Both the position numbers and the translations under genes were made by a program. A stretch of 64,000 nucleotides of DNA. Source: Eledone cirrhosa. Lineage: Eukaryota. Below the pieces are notes generated by a model that searched no databases, was not told the origin of the DNA, and worked only from the letters and a program-made list of their open reading frames with translations. The stretch covers positions 165,602,001 to 165,666,000 of the forward strand of contig OZ024740.1 in NCBI GenBank assembly GCA_964016885.1, given 5' to 3'. Positions 1-12,465 of the stretch are shown in pieces; position 1 is the stretch's first letter; each line of letters opens with the position of its first letter.

Positions 1-972
1 GTGTGTTCTCTCTAAGTCTGAAGACGTACGCAAGGAGGAAAACACTGGAAGTAGTTAAAATAAACAAACAAAAGACGAAGCCAACGCACAATTTTCTTTA
101 TGAAATCAATATTCCAAAGTGTGACCTTTAAACATACTTTAATTAACAGGGTCAAATCGAAGATCAAAGCTTTATAATTTTCCGAAGCAACGTTTATTTT
201 CTGAACTGGGATAGGGCAAATTTCGTCGGTAGGTAGGGTGGGTATTTTCCAGATGTGTTGAAATACGTGATAATATTAGAGAAGACCTACATGTAAGCTA
301 TGAATGAGATCGTTCAAGCAGAGTATAAGTTGGTCGTTTGACATTTCTAATTTTTGAAGTTTAATTGAAAATTCTCATCTTCAGACACGCAGGCACGTAT
401 TCACATACATATACACATGCATACTGATGTTTATATATATATATATATATTTATATACATACACACATACATACACACATACATATACATACATATACAC
501 ATACATACACACACATATATACATACACACACATATATATATATATATACATGCATGCACATATATATACACACATACATATAGATAGAGAGATAAATAG
601 ATTGATTGAATAAATAAATAGACACACTTCTGTCGATGTTTGTTTTTGTGTAAGTATGTGTATGTATATTATGAAACACTAATTTGGAAGTATATGATTT
701 ATGTGTATATATGTTTGTGTGTAATGTGTACTCACATAAATTTTACTTTGATGCCAATAATAAAATTTCGATGTACCAAAAATGGCATGTATGTTTCGAA
801 AATACGTATAGATAGATGGATGAATACCTCTCTCACTGGTTCTCCCTCTGTATATTTGTACACACGCACAAATACATACACTATCAATATATATATGTAT
901 ATATATATATGTATATATATATATATACAACAAAATTTCATTTATATATATATATAGAGAGAGAGAGGGGGG

Positions 973-1053
973 AAGGGGCCGAAACACTTTGATTGCCTGT
1001 ACAGGGAATATTTATTAGAATACTGTCGAAGTGTCTACATTCTTTGGACACCC
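973..1053 (-). mobile_element. ~90-100 bp Tc1/mariner-type MITE, degenerate copy
   Basis: Reverse-strand match to 29411-29511 and 61586-61678 (AATAAATATT.CCTGTACAGGCAATCAAAGTGT core). Confidence 0.55.
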
Positions 1054-1067
1054 AATATGAATGTATG

Positions 1068-1133
<66 letters not shown>

Positions 1134-1274
1134 GATAATACAACCATATAAAGGCAAATATAATTTTAAAAGATCAATATGATTTAATAGTCCACAATCA
1201 GATAGGTAATAAACAGTTCAGAGTCTAATCTAATGGGTAAATGTTCAATCATTGAAGTGTTATAATTTCACAGA

Positions 1275-1312
<38 letters not shown>

Positions 1313-1357
1313 CGAAAGAGTAACAAGGATTATAATTATACCATTTAATAGATTTAC

Positions 1358-1452
<95 letters not shown>

Positions 1453-1724
1453 GTAAGTACATTAACTAAATTCTAAGATACCACATGTGAATTACTGTAA
1501 ACAGCAGTATAAATCGACTAGTTTCACCTGGTCACTGGCTCATGCATGGCTGTATTGTTAAGAATTTCGATATGCTGTTCTGTATGTAAACTGACAGATA
1601 AATTGATAGCTAAACTATACATAGACAGACTGAACAATTGAAATTACTTTTCTCTTTCCGTTTTTATGTAAGCAATATTCGTATAAATGTCTGTATGTAT
1701 ATATATATATATATATAAATATAA

Positions 1725-1812
<88 letters not shown>

Positions 1813-1814
<2 letters not shown>

Positions 1815-2286
1815 AGGGGGTGTAACTTGGAGTTAGTGCAGGTTCACCCGAGAGAGCACTCGATGTTTAGGTTCACTTCTGTGATGAGGTGTAGAGCTAT
1901 ACACAGTGTAATATATTAAAAGGATAACAAGGACGATTGATTACTCCTTCATTGCATTTATTGGTAGGTGACGCGCGTTTCGCCACTGATCAGCTCAGGG
2001 TTCGATTTGTATCGATCCTACCCGACAGCGTGTGTGTGTGTTACACGCCGCCGATCCGTAAAACCGTCATACTGATCAGCTCAAAGTTCGATCTGTATTG
2101 ATCCTACCCGACTCAATAATCGGTGGCTCGACGGACCCTTTAAAATGCATTTTAATCCGTCGAGCTGCCGATTATTGAGTCGGGTAGGATCGATACGGAT
2201 CGAAACTTGAGCTGATCAGTGGCGAAACGCGCGTCACCTACCAATCAATGCAATGAAGCAGTAATCAATCGTCCTTGCTATCCTTT

Positions 2287-2290
<4 letters not shown>
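1813..2290 (-). mobile_element. (TA)n-embedded fold-back element, PLE pseudo-LTR-like, family A
   Basis: (TA)n on both sides. 1917-2025 and 2071-2135 are inverted against 2156-2288. Contains GAAACGCGCGTC, an HHR 3' half. Homolog at 22242-22480. Confidence 0.7.
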
Positions 2291-2372
<82 letters not shown>

Positions 2373-2637
2373 GGAAAAAAATGACACGAAATTTCATTTC
2401 CCACTCTTAGTACGGCTGTTACTTAAATATAAGTATGTATACGTACATACATATATGTATACAGACATACAGTAGTATGTATATATATATACATACATGC
2501 ACACATATATATATATGTACGTATGGATTCACCGAACATTTATTATAATGCTCGGTGTGTTTGTAAACGAACATCCTGTATTAAGCCGTAGTGTCTAGCA
2601 ACCATCGTTGCTCGTTTGTTCAACACTGACAAAGGAA

Positions 2638-2678
2638 CACTGTACTAGTTTCAAGCTTATTAGCTATCGTCAACAACG
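2638..2678 (-). ncRNA. Type I hammerhead ribozyme, C3U variant
   Basis: Minus strand cgttg TTGACGA tagct aata agct t GAAA ctag TA cagtg. Confidence 0.7.
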
Positions 2679-2835
2679 TATACCTTCCTGCCAGCGTTTC
2701 ATTTTTTTCCGTTTATCGTTTTCGGTGCACCCGGCCGATTAACCCACTCGATATTCAAATTAGGCTGCTCAGCCGTTAATATGCATAAGGAAAGTATATA
2801 TTTTCAGACGTTCAATCATCTGGCAGGAAGGTATA

Positions 2836-2876
2836 CGTTGCTGACGATAGCTAATAAGCTTGAAACTAGTACAGCG
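2836..2876 (+). ncRNA. Type I hammerhead ribozyme (minimal, palindromic stem III)
   Basis: cgttg CTGACGA t agct aata agct t GAAA ctag TA cagcg. Stem I cgttg/cagcg is extended by ggaa/ttcc across a bulge. Confidence 0.88.
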
Positions 2877-3264
2877 TTCCTTTGTCAGCGTTGAACAAAC
2901 GAGCAACGATGGTTGCTAGATACTACGTCTTAATACGGGATGTTTGTTTACAAACACATCGAGCATTATAATAAATGTTCGGTGAATCCATACGTACATA
3001 TATATATGTGTGCATGTATGTATATATATATACGCACTACTGTACGTCTGTATAAATATATGTATGTACGTATACATACTTATATTTCAGTAACAGCCGT
3101 ACTAAGAGTGTGAAATGAAATTTCGTTTCATTATTTTCCGTTTATCGTTTTCGGTGCACCCGGCCGATTAACCCATTCGATATCCAAATTAGGCTGCTCA
3201 GCCGTTAATATGGATAAGGAAAGTATATACTTTCGGACGTTCAATCATCTGGCAGGAACGTATA

Positions 3265-3305
3265 CGTTGCTGACGATAGCTAATAAGCTTGAAACTAGTA
3301 CAGCG
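3265..3305 (+). ncRNA. Type I hammerhead ribozyme, second tandem copy
   Basis: Same sequence as 2836-2876. Confidence 0.88.
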
Positions 3306-3513
3306 TTCCTTTGTCAGTGTTGAACAAACGAGTAACGATGGTTGCTAGACTCTACTGCTTAATACGGGATGTTTGTTTACAAACACACCGAGCATTATAA
3401 TAAATGATCGGTAAATCCATACGTACATATATATATGTGTGCATGTATGTATATATATATATACATACTAATGTACGTCTGTATACATATATGTATGTAC
3501 GTATACATACATA

Positions 3514-3573
<60 letters not shown>

Positions 3574-4001
3574 TTGTGTGTGTGTAAATGAATGTAGAAG
3601 TGTATTTGTTTATATATGAAAGCTCATATGTATATTCTCTTAAATATATATTTCTCTAAGTAGAATCATTCTTAAGTAGTGTAGATATTATTACAGATAT
3701 AGTTGTAGGGGTAATGGTTATTAATTTGTCGATATTCGATAAATATTGTCTCGGTCTGAACATGCCCCTTAGCCAATAACTAAATAAACAAAAATGGTGT
3801 TAGCTATATATGTGTTGCTTTGAAGAAAAACTTTTCTGAAAGAAAATATAAACAAACCACACAACATTTCATATATGATAATCTATGTACTCACTAACGT
3901 GACACTACTTTTCATTTATACTCAGTTCTCATATTTACCCTGTATTCGCTTTCTCTCTCTCTAATATATATAAATATAGATAAACAAATTATATATATAC
4001 A

Positions 4002-4177
4002 CAGTGAAATTCCGTTATAACGAAATTCACGTGGTATTAAAACAAATTCGTTGTACCCAAAACTTCTTTATAAGGAGATCGACCTAACAAATCGACCGAG
4101 TGGCCTGGAATTGAAAAAAAATTAGTTATACTGAAAAATTCGTTATTATGGTATTCGTTATAATGGAATTTTACCTG
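4002..4177. mobile_element. pogo/Tigger-like MITE
   Basis: TIRs CAGTGAAATTCCGTTATAACGAA / TTCGTTATAATGGAATTTTACCTG in TA-rich flanks. Confidence 0.7.
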
Positions 4178-4223
4178 TATATGTATATATATATATATAT
4201 ATATATACATATACAGGTAATAC

Positions 4224-4290
<67 letters not shown>

Positions 4291-4291
<1 letters not shown>

Positions 4292-4390
4292 GTAGGTCCC
4301 GGGTTGAGTCGGGGATAACCACAGTAAGTAAGGTACTCAATACATGGCAGAGTAAATATTTTTTATTTTATAGAAGGAGCTTCTACAGCG
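4291..4390 (-). mobile_element. 3' tail of HHR element family C
   Basis: Homologous to 52717-52820 and 59648-59700 (TAACCACAGTAAG..GGTACTCAATACAT). Abuts (TA)n. Confidence 0.7.
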
Positions 4391-4627
4391 ACGTACTCTT
4401 GTTTTGTTTCATTTACGATGGAAAGAGATGATGATATTAAGCATCATTTCTTGAACACCTAACATTCTAAGGACAATCCAGAGAGCATCTCTAGAAACCG
4501 TGTCAAATGCTTGTGGGAGAACAACAAAAAGGACAAAGAGCTCCTTATCGTGATGTACATTTTCCTGCAGTTGCCACAGACTGAAAATCAATTACACAGT
4601 GCCGCTATAAGAGCGAAAACCACACTG
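4389..4627 (-). repeat. Inverted duplication of 4702-4941
   Basis: Near-identical reverse complement of about 240 bp. Confidence 0.9.
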
Positions 4628-4654
4628 TATATATATATATATATATACAGAGTA

Positions 4655-4920
4655 TGTACATAAAATTCTTGGCAGGGCCATTTTCAGTTTTGCCCGAATC
4701 ACAGTGTGGTTTTCGCTCTCATAGCGGCACTGTGTAATTGATTTTCAGTCTGTGACAACTGCAGGGAAATGTACATCACGATAAGGAGCTCTTTGTCCTT
4801 TTTGTTGTTCTCCCACAAGCATTTGACACGGTTTCTAGAGATGCTCTCTGGATTGTCCTTAGAATGTTAGGTGTTCAAGAAATGATGCTTAATATCATCA
4901 TCTCTTTCCATCGTAAATAA
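4655..4920 (+). pseudogene. RTE-clade LINE RT fragment
   Basis: Translates (with frameshifts) to LPESQCGFR..IFSL.QLQ..FVVLPQAFDTVSRDALW.VL..LG. Confidence 0.75.
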
Positions 4921-5489
4921 AAACAAAACAAGAGTACGTCGTTGCACTACTCCTGTTTGCTTTGTATTACCCGGACATGATTTAAACAGCTTCTTAAAAT
5001 GACAAAACCACAGTGGCACTAAGGTTGTCATTTTGAGGAACAGCATGCTGCCAGCACACAGTGATATTGATGCAGTCCACTCGAGGAAGCAAGTGGGGTG
5101 GGGGTGGGGGATCCACAGAAAAGTGTCTTTACCCGATTTTCTAACCTATTATAGCAACCAACTATATCTATTTTCTTCTTCTGAGTCTTCCAACATTTCC
5201 TATGAGCAACATATATATGTGTGTATAACAACAACAATAATAATAATAATAATAATCATTATTATTATCATTATTATTATTAACACATTAAAAAGTTAAA
5301 CAAGTAATTTCTGATTTCACCCTAAACCGAGATGATCTGAAACTGAGAGATATAAATCTGTGGACACAGAAGTAAATATTTTAAAATGACGATCAAATAT
5401 TGCCTTTGGAAAACAGAAAAACATAACAGTAGCGCGTAAAGAACATCTCTTCAGATGCAGCGAAACATATGAACATCTAGAGTCGGAAA

Positions 5490-5568
5490 TATTGGATAGC
5501 GTCGACTGCGGGAATCAAACTCAAATCTGCCGCATGCCGGACGGCTGCATTACCATTACATTAAAGCG
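5490..5568 (-). mobile_element. Degenerate tRNA-derived SINE head
   Basis: Minus strand has A-box-like TGTAATGGT and B-box-like GAGTTTGATTC. Confidence 0.35.
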
Positions 5569-5775
5569 TACCACACTACTTAGCTATAATTTTAAAGTCT
5601 TTTCAGCAACCCTATGTTGTAGCATCTTATAAGTTAATTAATTTTCAAAATTCCCATTTGCTCAAAGCTTCTTAACGATTGTTTATGTATGTATGTATGT
5701 ATGTATGTATGTATGTATGTATGTATGTATGTATGTATGTATGTATGTATGTATGTATGTATGTATGTATGTATG

Positions 5776-5990
5776 TCAGATCGCTCTTCGGCGCTACTGG
5801 CAACATGTAACTCAGTACAACCTATGCGTGGTTGAGTCGTCGGCGAGTAAACCGACAACCCCCACCAAGCTTGCTTGGCGAGGAGAGAAATGTTGGAGAA
5901 ATTACGGGATGAAAATCACAACCCGTCAAAGGGCGGATAAACACAAGAGATTCAACGGCCATCCAATGAAGTATTCCTTTTTGTGGAGCG
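5776..5990 (+). mobile_element. Non-LTR retroelement 5' region adjoining (ATGT)n
   Basis: Homologous to the reverse complements of 43482-43685 and 44790-44981. Confidence 0.6.
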
Positions 5991-6732
5991 AGTCACTCCT
6001 AGTCTTCGTTAAGAAATCTCTCTAGGTGAAGGTCACTCTGATACAAAACATGCGACTTCGTTTGCATCCAATGATAGATCAGTTCTTTGTTTTTTGTTTT
6101 GTTAGGGGAGGAGGGGGTAAATGCATTCGATGTTCAGAGAGTGGGATTGGCTCCGTGCAAAGTCTTTCCACACTTAAAAAACTTCAGACAGTCTTCGGTT
6201 GATATGTAACATCTTTTTGGCGATGTATGGCATTACTTGCCATAGGCGGCTCCCTAGCATGAACAGGAAGCCACGTCCGTGCTGCTCATGCTTAGGTATC
6301 AAGTGATTGCAGCCATCATCATCACCACCATCATTTATGTATGTATGTACGTATGTATGTATGTATGCATGTCCATGTGCGCATGAAATGGTATACACCA
6401 CTTTAAACCTACACAACGTTTCTAAATCTAACATCAACTTTTCTAGAGTTTCACTGACTTATCATCTTGATGTCAGATGTCTTTTACACTGCCGCTTTTA
6501 TTACAGATGTATGTTGCGTTAGTGTTTTTTGTCTGATTATTTTAACATTGTATTGCGAGACTGCTTCCATAATTAGTCACGTATCTTTGTTGGGAATTCT
6601 ATATAATATCGATGTATTGGCTGGTAGTAATTTCCAATCCGGATGTGTTTTGGACGCGTGAGGTGCAAGTGACTTGTGAAGAAATCCGAAAAATGTTATA
6701 GAAAAGTTAAGCCTTGAACATAATCAAGGTTT

Positions 6733-6893
6733 AATAATTGTTTCTACTTTTGGCACAAGGCCAGAAGTTACCCAGTACATTACTGGTACTTTATTTTATC
6801 GACCCCGTAAGGATGAAAGGCGAAGTTAACCTCGGCGAGATTTGAACTCAGATCATAAAGCATGGCGTCCGACTCTCTACCGATACTGCCAAT
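6733..6893 (-). mobile_element. tRNA-derived SINE family 1
   Basis: Shared core CTGAGTTCAAATC..TTTGCCTTTCATCCTTACGGGGTCGATAAAATAAAGTACCAGT..GGCCTTGTGCC; many copies in the window. Confidence 0.8.
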
Positions 6894-6924
<31 letters not shown>

Positions 6925-6937
6925 CATATATATATAT

Positions 6938-7543
6938 ATGGAGAATAGAAATGGCTGTGTAGTTGCTATTTAAGGTAACTTAAAATGCAGTGGGAATACG
7001 AACAAAGCAAGAACGGGGGGGGGGGGGGCTCATCAGTTATCTACTGGGGTCTCGGATATTTCTTCTCTTTTAAGACAACATATCTCGGTCCAGGGCATCA
7101 ATAACTGGATAAGTTATTGGGAAAACGGAGGAAGGAGGGAAGGAAAGCAAAGGGGAAGAAATGAGAAAACAGTAACAAAACAGAGAAAAACAACAACAAA
7201 CCGAGCAATGTGCGAGCAACTATAGGTAGGAAATCCAAGACCACTCGATAAGAGAACTTAAGTTCAAGACTTAAGGTCGAGAGGAAAAAGACACACGTCC
7301 AATGCCGCAGTTGTGAGAAGAGAACTGCTAAACGGTCAGCGAGGGGGTGAAAGTGAGTGGGAGAAAGGAAGTAGAATAAAGTGGAGTCAGAGAAGATAGG
7401 GAGAAAGGGAGGGGAATAAAGAGGGGTGAGAGTAGAAAGTAGCGAAATAGGTAGGTAGATGGGGAGAGAAGAATGGTCACAGCGAAAAACATGATGAAAT
7501 ATATGGAGAATAGAAATGGCTGTCTAGTTGCTATTTAAGGTAA
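6938..7543. mobile_element. (TA)n-embedded element with ~41-bp terminal direct repeat (partial tandem)
   Basis: TGGAGAATAGAAATGGCTGT.TAGTTGCTATTTAAGGTAA at 6938 and 7504. Minus-strand CTGATGAG near 7030. Confidence 0.55.
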
Positions 7544-7556
7544 ATATATATATATA

Positions 7557-7880
7557 AAAGTGTTAAACAATATTCAATGATTATGTCAAAGAATGAGTTT
7601 TACAGTAGATTGGAAGCACTCAACGAAAAATAATTTTCTGGGGTTATTAATATTAAAATATAAGTATTAATAAAATAGATGTTCTTTTGATCAATTACAT
7701 TTTATTATACATATTTCGGATGTACAACAGTACGTCCTCATCAGACAAAATATAAGGATACATGACATACGCTGAGATGTTAAATGGTTAATATTTAACC
7801 ATTTAACATCTCAGGGTACATCCGAAATATGTATAATAAAATGTAATTGATCAAAAGAACATCTATTTTATTAATACTTA

Positions 7881-7885
<5 letters not shown>
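7557..7885 (-). mobile_element. (TA)n-embedded fold-back HHR element
   Basis: 7657-7725 inverted at 7816-7885; 7772-7790 inverted at 7795-7814; HHR inside. Confidence 0.75.
7704..7750 (-). ncRNA. Type I hammerhead ribozyme
   Basis: CTGATGA ggacgtac tgtt gtacatcc GAAA tatg TA; stem I weak. Confidence 0.7.
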
Positions 7886-7975
<90 letters not shown>

Positions 7976-7997
7976 ATATGTATATACGCATACATAT

Positions 7998-8296
7998 GTA
8001 CGTATGGGTTCTATCGAATATTAATAATAATGTTCGATTCGTTTATAAACAAACTGCCCTGTTAAAGATGTGCCGTGTCGATGACAAATCGTTATCCGTT
8101 TGTTCAACATTGGCATTGAGGAAAATTAAGATGTTTCTGGGTCATTACCCTACATCAGGACAAGCCAATCTGTTGAACGGTTGAAAATATATAGTATTTT
8201 CTTAAGTATACATCGGCTGGGTAGCCTCATATGCCTACTGAGCGAATTACGGCCAGCCTTGCCGAAAACTAAAAATAAAATTAGAATTTCATTTAG

Positions 8297-8298
<2 letters not shown>
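7998..8298 (-). mobile_element. Diverged single unit of family B with decayed HHR (8124-8162)
   Basis: Colinear with the 429-bp unit; CTGATGT a gggt aatg accc a GAAA catc TT. Confidence 0.6.
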
Positions 8299-8379
<81 letters not shown>

Positions 8380-8803
8380 AGTATAGATTAGCGAGAATCT
8401 AATTTCAGCTCAGGAATTAACGAAAAACACTTCCGAGTTGTGTGGCAAGCGCTCGATAATTCATATGAATTAGAGCTACAACATACGTTAAAGGTCAAAC
8501 ACACTGAGATGGTGGTTAAACTAATCATCCGCAAAGCGAAAAAAACGATCAAGTAATTCGGGTCAAGCAAATATAAAAATATAAAAATATATAAAAATAT
8601 ATAAAAATATATATTATTGAAAATTTACCCGGACCCCTGGAGAGATGGTAAAATCCAGTATTTGGGTTTCTGCGGCTCCATAAATCAATTACTGTCCGCT
8701 TACATAAAGAATGTTAGGCTTCTGGTAAGATGACTGAACAAGGAAGTCACGTTATCAACAGGTTTCTGCTCAATGCTATACATATATATATATATATATA
8801 TGG

Positions 8804-8993
8804 GAAAATGTTAAGCCCCGACGGCAGGGCTCAAGCCGTATCGACGGTTATTTCTTGACCACAAATAGCCGTCGAAACGGCTTGAGCTCTGCCGTCGGCG
8901 TTTAATATTTTCTATTACCCAATTTACTACCCTAAGTATTAAGTACTCTGGTGCGTTATGGTCCATCTAGTTCTCTCCAGCGGTCTCCTTCGT
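8804..8993 (+). mobile_element. Hairpin element family D
   Basis: Arms 8804-8853/8863-8912; GAAA CGGC..GCCG TC; conserved tail ending at TA. Confidence 0.7.
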
Positions 8994-9001
8994 TATATAA
9001 T

Positions 9002-9063
9002 GAGGTACAGAGACCGTTGGAGAGAACTCGTCCATGGATCTCGGGAATTTTACCCGTCCTAGA
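9002..9063 (+). mobile_element. ~60-bp 3' terminus of the RTE family at 16765-18465
   Basis: Near-identical to 18397-18458. Confidence 0.85.
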
Positions 9064-9066
9064 ATA

Positions 9067-9102
<36 letters not shown>

Positions 9103-9119
9103 CAAATACACTCACACAC

Positions 9120-9242
<123 letters not shown>

Positions 9243-9278
9243 CATTCATATATATATATATACATATGTATATATATA

Positions 9279-9772
9279 CAGATAAATCCACCAATTAATG
9301 GTAGGGTCCAAGCCATAGGAAGAACTCAATGTAAGCCGTATGTAGAATATGTCGTGAAGCTTAAAATACAAAAATTCAGCGATATAATTCATTGGAAGCA
9401 GAGTGAAAATAATACAAATAGTGAAAACAATGAAATTAAACAAAATACGGGTAATTCATAGTAAAACTCATTATTTTACGATCGTTACTAGGGGGTAGTT
9501 CTCCGTATGTTCATTCTATTAGTGATCTATGTAAAATATATTACAAATTATCAAAGTAAGAAAATATACATACGTCTTCTCATCACGCCGTCTTCAGAGA
9601 ACACGTATGTATATTTTCTTACTTTGATAATTTGTAATATATTTTGCATAGATCACTAATAGAATGAATATACGGAGAACTAACCCCCCCCCCCGAAATG
9701 ATTGTAAAATAATGAGTTTTACTACGAATTACCCGTATTTTGTTTAATTTCATTGTTTTCGCTATTTGTATT
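9279..9772 (-). mobile_element. (TA)n-embedded fold-back element
   Basis: 9410-9575 inverted at 9603-9772; minus-strand CTGAAGA in the spacer; single-copy tail 9279-9409. Confidence 0.7.
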
Positions 9773-9799
9773 ATGTATATATATATATATTTATACACG

Positions 9800-9906
<107 letters not shown>

Positions 9907-9927
9907 ATATATATATATATATATATG

Positions 9928-10084
9928 AATGAGCCAGGACTCTGACAGCTGGCCTCTTGCCGTTTCAACAGCTAGTTCAACTAGCGGTTGAAACGGCAAG
10001 AGCGTAGCCGTCGGGGTCTTGACTCATTTATATAACCATACTCTGCTACCTCAAGTATCGAGTAATCTGGTGAGTAATGGCCTA
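9928..10084 (+). mobile_element. Hairpin element family D
   Basis: Arms 9928-9977/9979-10028; GAAA CGGC..GCCG TC; same tail as 8804. Confidence 0.7.
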
Positions 10085-10375
10085 AAGTTCAGTCACGATT
10101 GAAAATTCCCCTCCGAGGCACAAGTCCGGGCAAGGTTGTTTGTGGAAGACCAGCAGTTGCCCATGTATACCTCTCCACGCCACCGATGTTGTCCAAGGGA
10201 AGGGCAATGGCCGATACAACTTTCCACCTATGATGTCGAAACTCTTTTTTACAGCTGAGTGAACTGGAGCAACGTGAACTAAAGTGTCTTGCTCAAGAAC
10301 ACAACTCAAAGCCCGATCTGAAAATCAAGCTCACAACCTCACGAGTGTAAGCCCGACGCAAAAATCACTAAGCCT
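10085..10375 (-). mobile_element. tRNA-derived SINE family 2
   Basis: Minus-strand tRNA-like head GGCTTAGTG..GAGCTTGATT followed by GTGTTCTTGAGCAAGACACTTT core. Confidence 0.7.
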
Positions 10376-10537
10376 TGATATAGAAGGAAAATATTCTTAT
10401 CGTTTCAGATGTTAGACATTCATGAGAAGATAAAATGAGAAATAATTGATGCGAGTGGAAAGAGGAAATTGTGTGTGTGTGTGTGTGTGTGTCTGTGTGT
10501 CTGTGTGTCGGTGAGTGGTGTGTGGTGTGTGTGTGTG

Positions 10538-10633
<96 letters not shown>

Positions 10634-11298
10634 GTTACCCGTTGTTCAATCTTCGATGTGGAGTTATAATGGCGTTAAAATGTGATATTGTATATCCTAA
10701 GTATACTTAAAAAAATATTCATAAATCTTTCAAATCATTTAAATTGCTTATTAGAAAATAGTTGAGCAATTTTTAGAAAAATCCTTTTAATTGAAGACAA
10801 AAATCATGCAAAAGTTATAAAAACATAAATTTGATTAATATATATTTAAAATGTTTCTATTGTAAAACATTAATTAATTAAAATTATTAAACATTATTCA
10901 AGAATATTGTATTTTCTCTACCATAATTTAGCATGTCCTTCATCGCAATTGCCAGATTTTCTCTACAAATATTGAGCATATATATTTTTAAATATCTCAA
11001 GAGTTTATAAATTTTCGTCATCGAGTTTATATTTGTTTGCAAAAGTAATAACCAATACATATTGAAAGAGCTCTATATCAGAAGAACACTATATGATTAT
11101 GTAGTAACCATGTTGCACAATATCATGTCACGCTGCCGTCTGTTTCATACTGGAATCGATTATTTATTGCAGATAATGTAAGATTCCTTAGCAGACAGGA
11201 TATATTTCCAATAAAACTATTCTCCCTGTATGAAAACTGACGATAGCCTGACATAATGTAGTTATATGTAGTTATATGTAGTTATAATATATATATAT

Positions 11299-11483
11299 CA
11301 GATAGGGCGGGGTAAAACCATCTAGACTATAACCCACCAAAGTACTTGATGCTTGGGCGAGTTGAGTGACTAATATGAAAAGATTCAGGACCGCGACGAC
11401 TGAGCTCCGGCCGTTTAGACAGCTAGATCCGAACTAGCTGTTGCAACGGCCGGAGCTCAGCCATCGAGGTCCTGAATCTTTTC

Positions 11484-11487
<4 letters not shown>
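11299..11487 (-). mobile_element. Hairpin element family D
   Basis: Hairpin 11373-11487, tail 11299-11372, TA on both sides. Confidence 0.7.
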
Positions 11488-11531
<44 letters not shown>

Positions 11532-12031
11532 TGGAAGCATGACCTTCCCAAAATATGTGTGCGCGTGTGCGTTTCGCATGTATGTTAACATAGGAACCCG
11601 TAATGACAGCTTATTAAGAGTAGCTTATGCATAAATGCCAAGGTTACGCTTGAGTAGACACTTTCACGCTGCAACACGCTCTCCACCTCCAGCCTTGTTT
11701 CGCCCATAATCCTGGGCACAGCCGCTCATAACGCGAAGAAGAGAGAGATTGACTAATACCGAAACTTGACAGGTTGCTACCTTTGCGTGCCAGTCACTGC
11801 CGAGATATCTGTTTTCCCCTGTCCCCGAACCACCGCTTTTCTCCACAAAACTGAGAGAAGTGCATCCCACTTGGGGAAGGGGCTTCTTGAAGCCAAATGA
11901 TTGATGCAGTGGCATTATTTCATTATCTTATCCACGGTGCGCAGCTAAGTTATATCGCCTAGGCTGGAATGTAGTCTGCCGCACCCTTCCTCATACCCTT
12001 ATATTCTAAATCTTATTGCTAACATTAAATT

Positions 12032-12465
12032 CAAAGGTTCTCAACCTTTTCGGGCCACGTAATACCCTCAGCGCGTAATACTCCAATTTCTAGTGAGACC
12101 TGCCTACATGCACATTGTAAAAAAAATGTATAATAAATAAAATCGCTACTTTATATATAATAAATAATATATATAGCACTACTTGCCTTTGCTTTTGCTG
12201 AAGCCAGGTATGTGACGTTAGTCACTACCTTAATTTCATAGCGAAAGCCCTTCAATGTGTTATTAAATAAAGATACAGAATATTATTAAATATACAATAG
12301 GCACATTCATATATACTCTGTATAAATAAATACGTATTTTTTTATTTTACTATATTTATATATAGTATGTATCCTATGATATTTAATATAGTAATATATC
12401 ATCTCTACCGCCCCCTTAGTCCCCCCTGGGGGCGGGGGCGGTAGCGCCCTTTTTGAGAACCTCTG
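12032..12465. mobile_element. hAT (Charlie-like) MITE
   Basis: TIRs CAAAGGTTCTCAA / TTGAGAACCTCTG, GC-rich subterminal region; 8-bp flanks only partly similar. Confidence 0.65.

Larger units (their letters stand above)
2371..3515 (+). mobile_element. HHR-bearing 429-bp tandem unit (about 1.9 copies) plus inverted partial copy, family B
   Basis: Period 429 (2711 vs 3140). 2371-2694 is the reverse complement of part of the unit. One HHR per unit. Flanked by (TA)n. Confidence 0.85.

Noticed and set aside
14-50. CTGAAGA...GAAA at the window start
   Set aside because: No supporting helices or UH triplet
5445-5480. CAGATGC agc GAAA catatg HHR-like string
   Set aside because: Multiple core mismatches and no cleavage triplet
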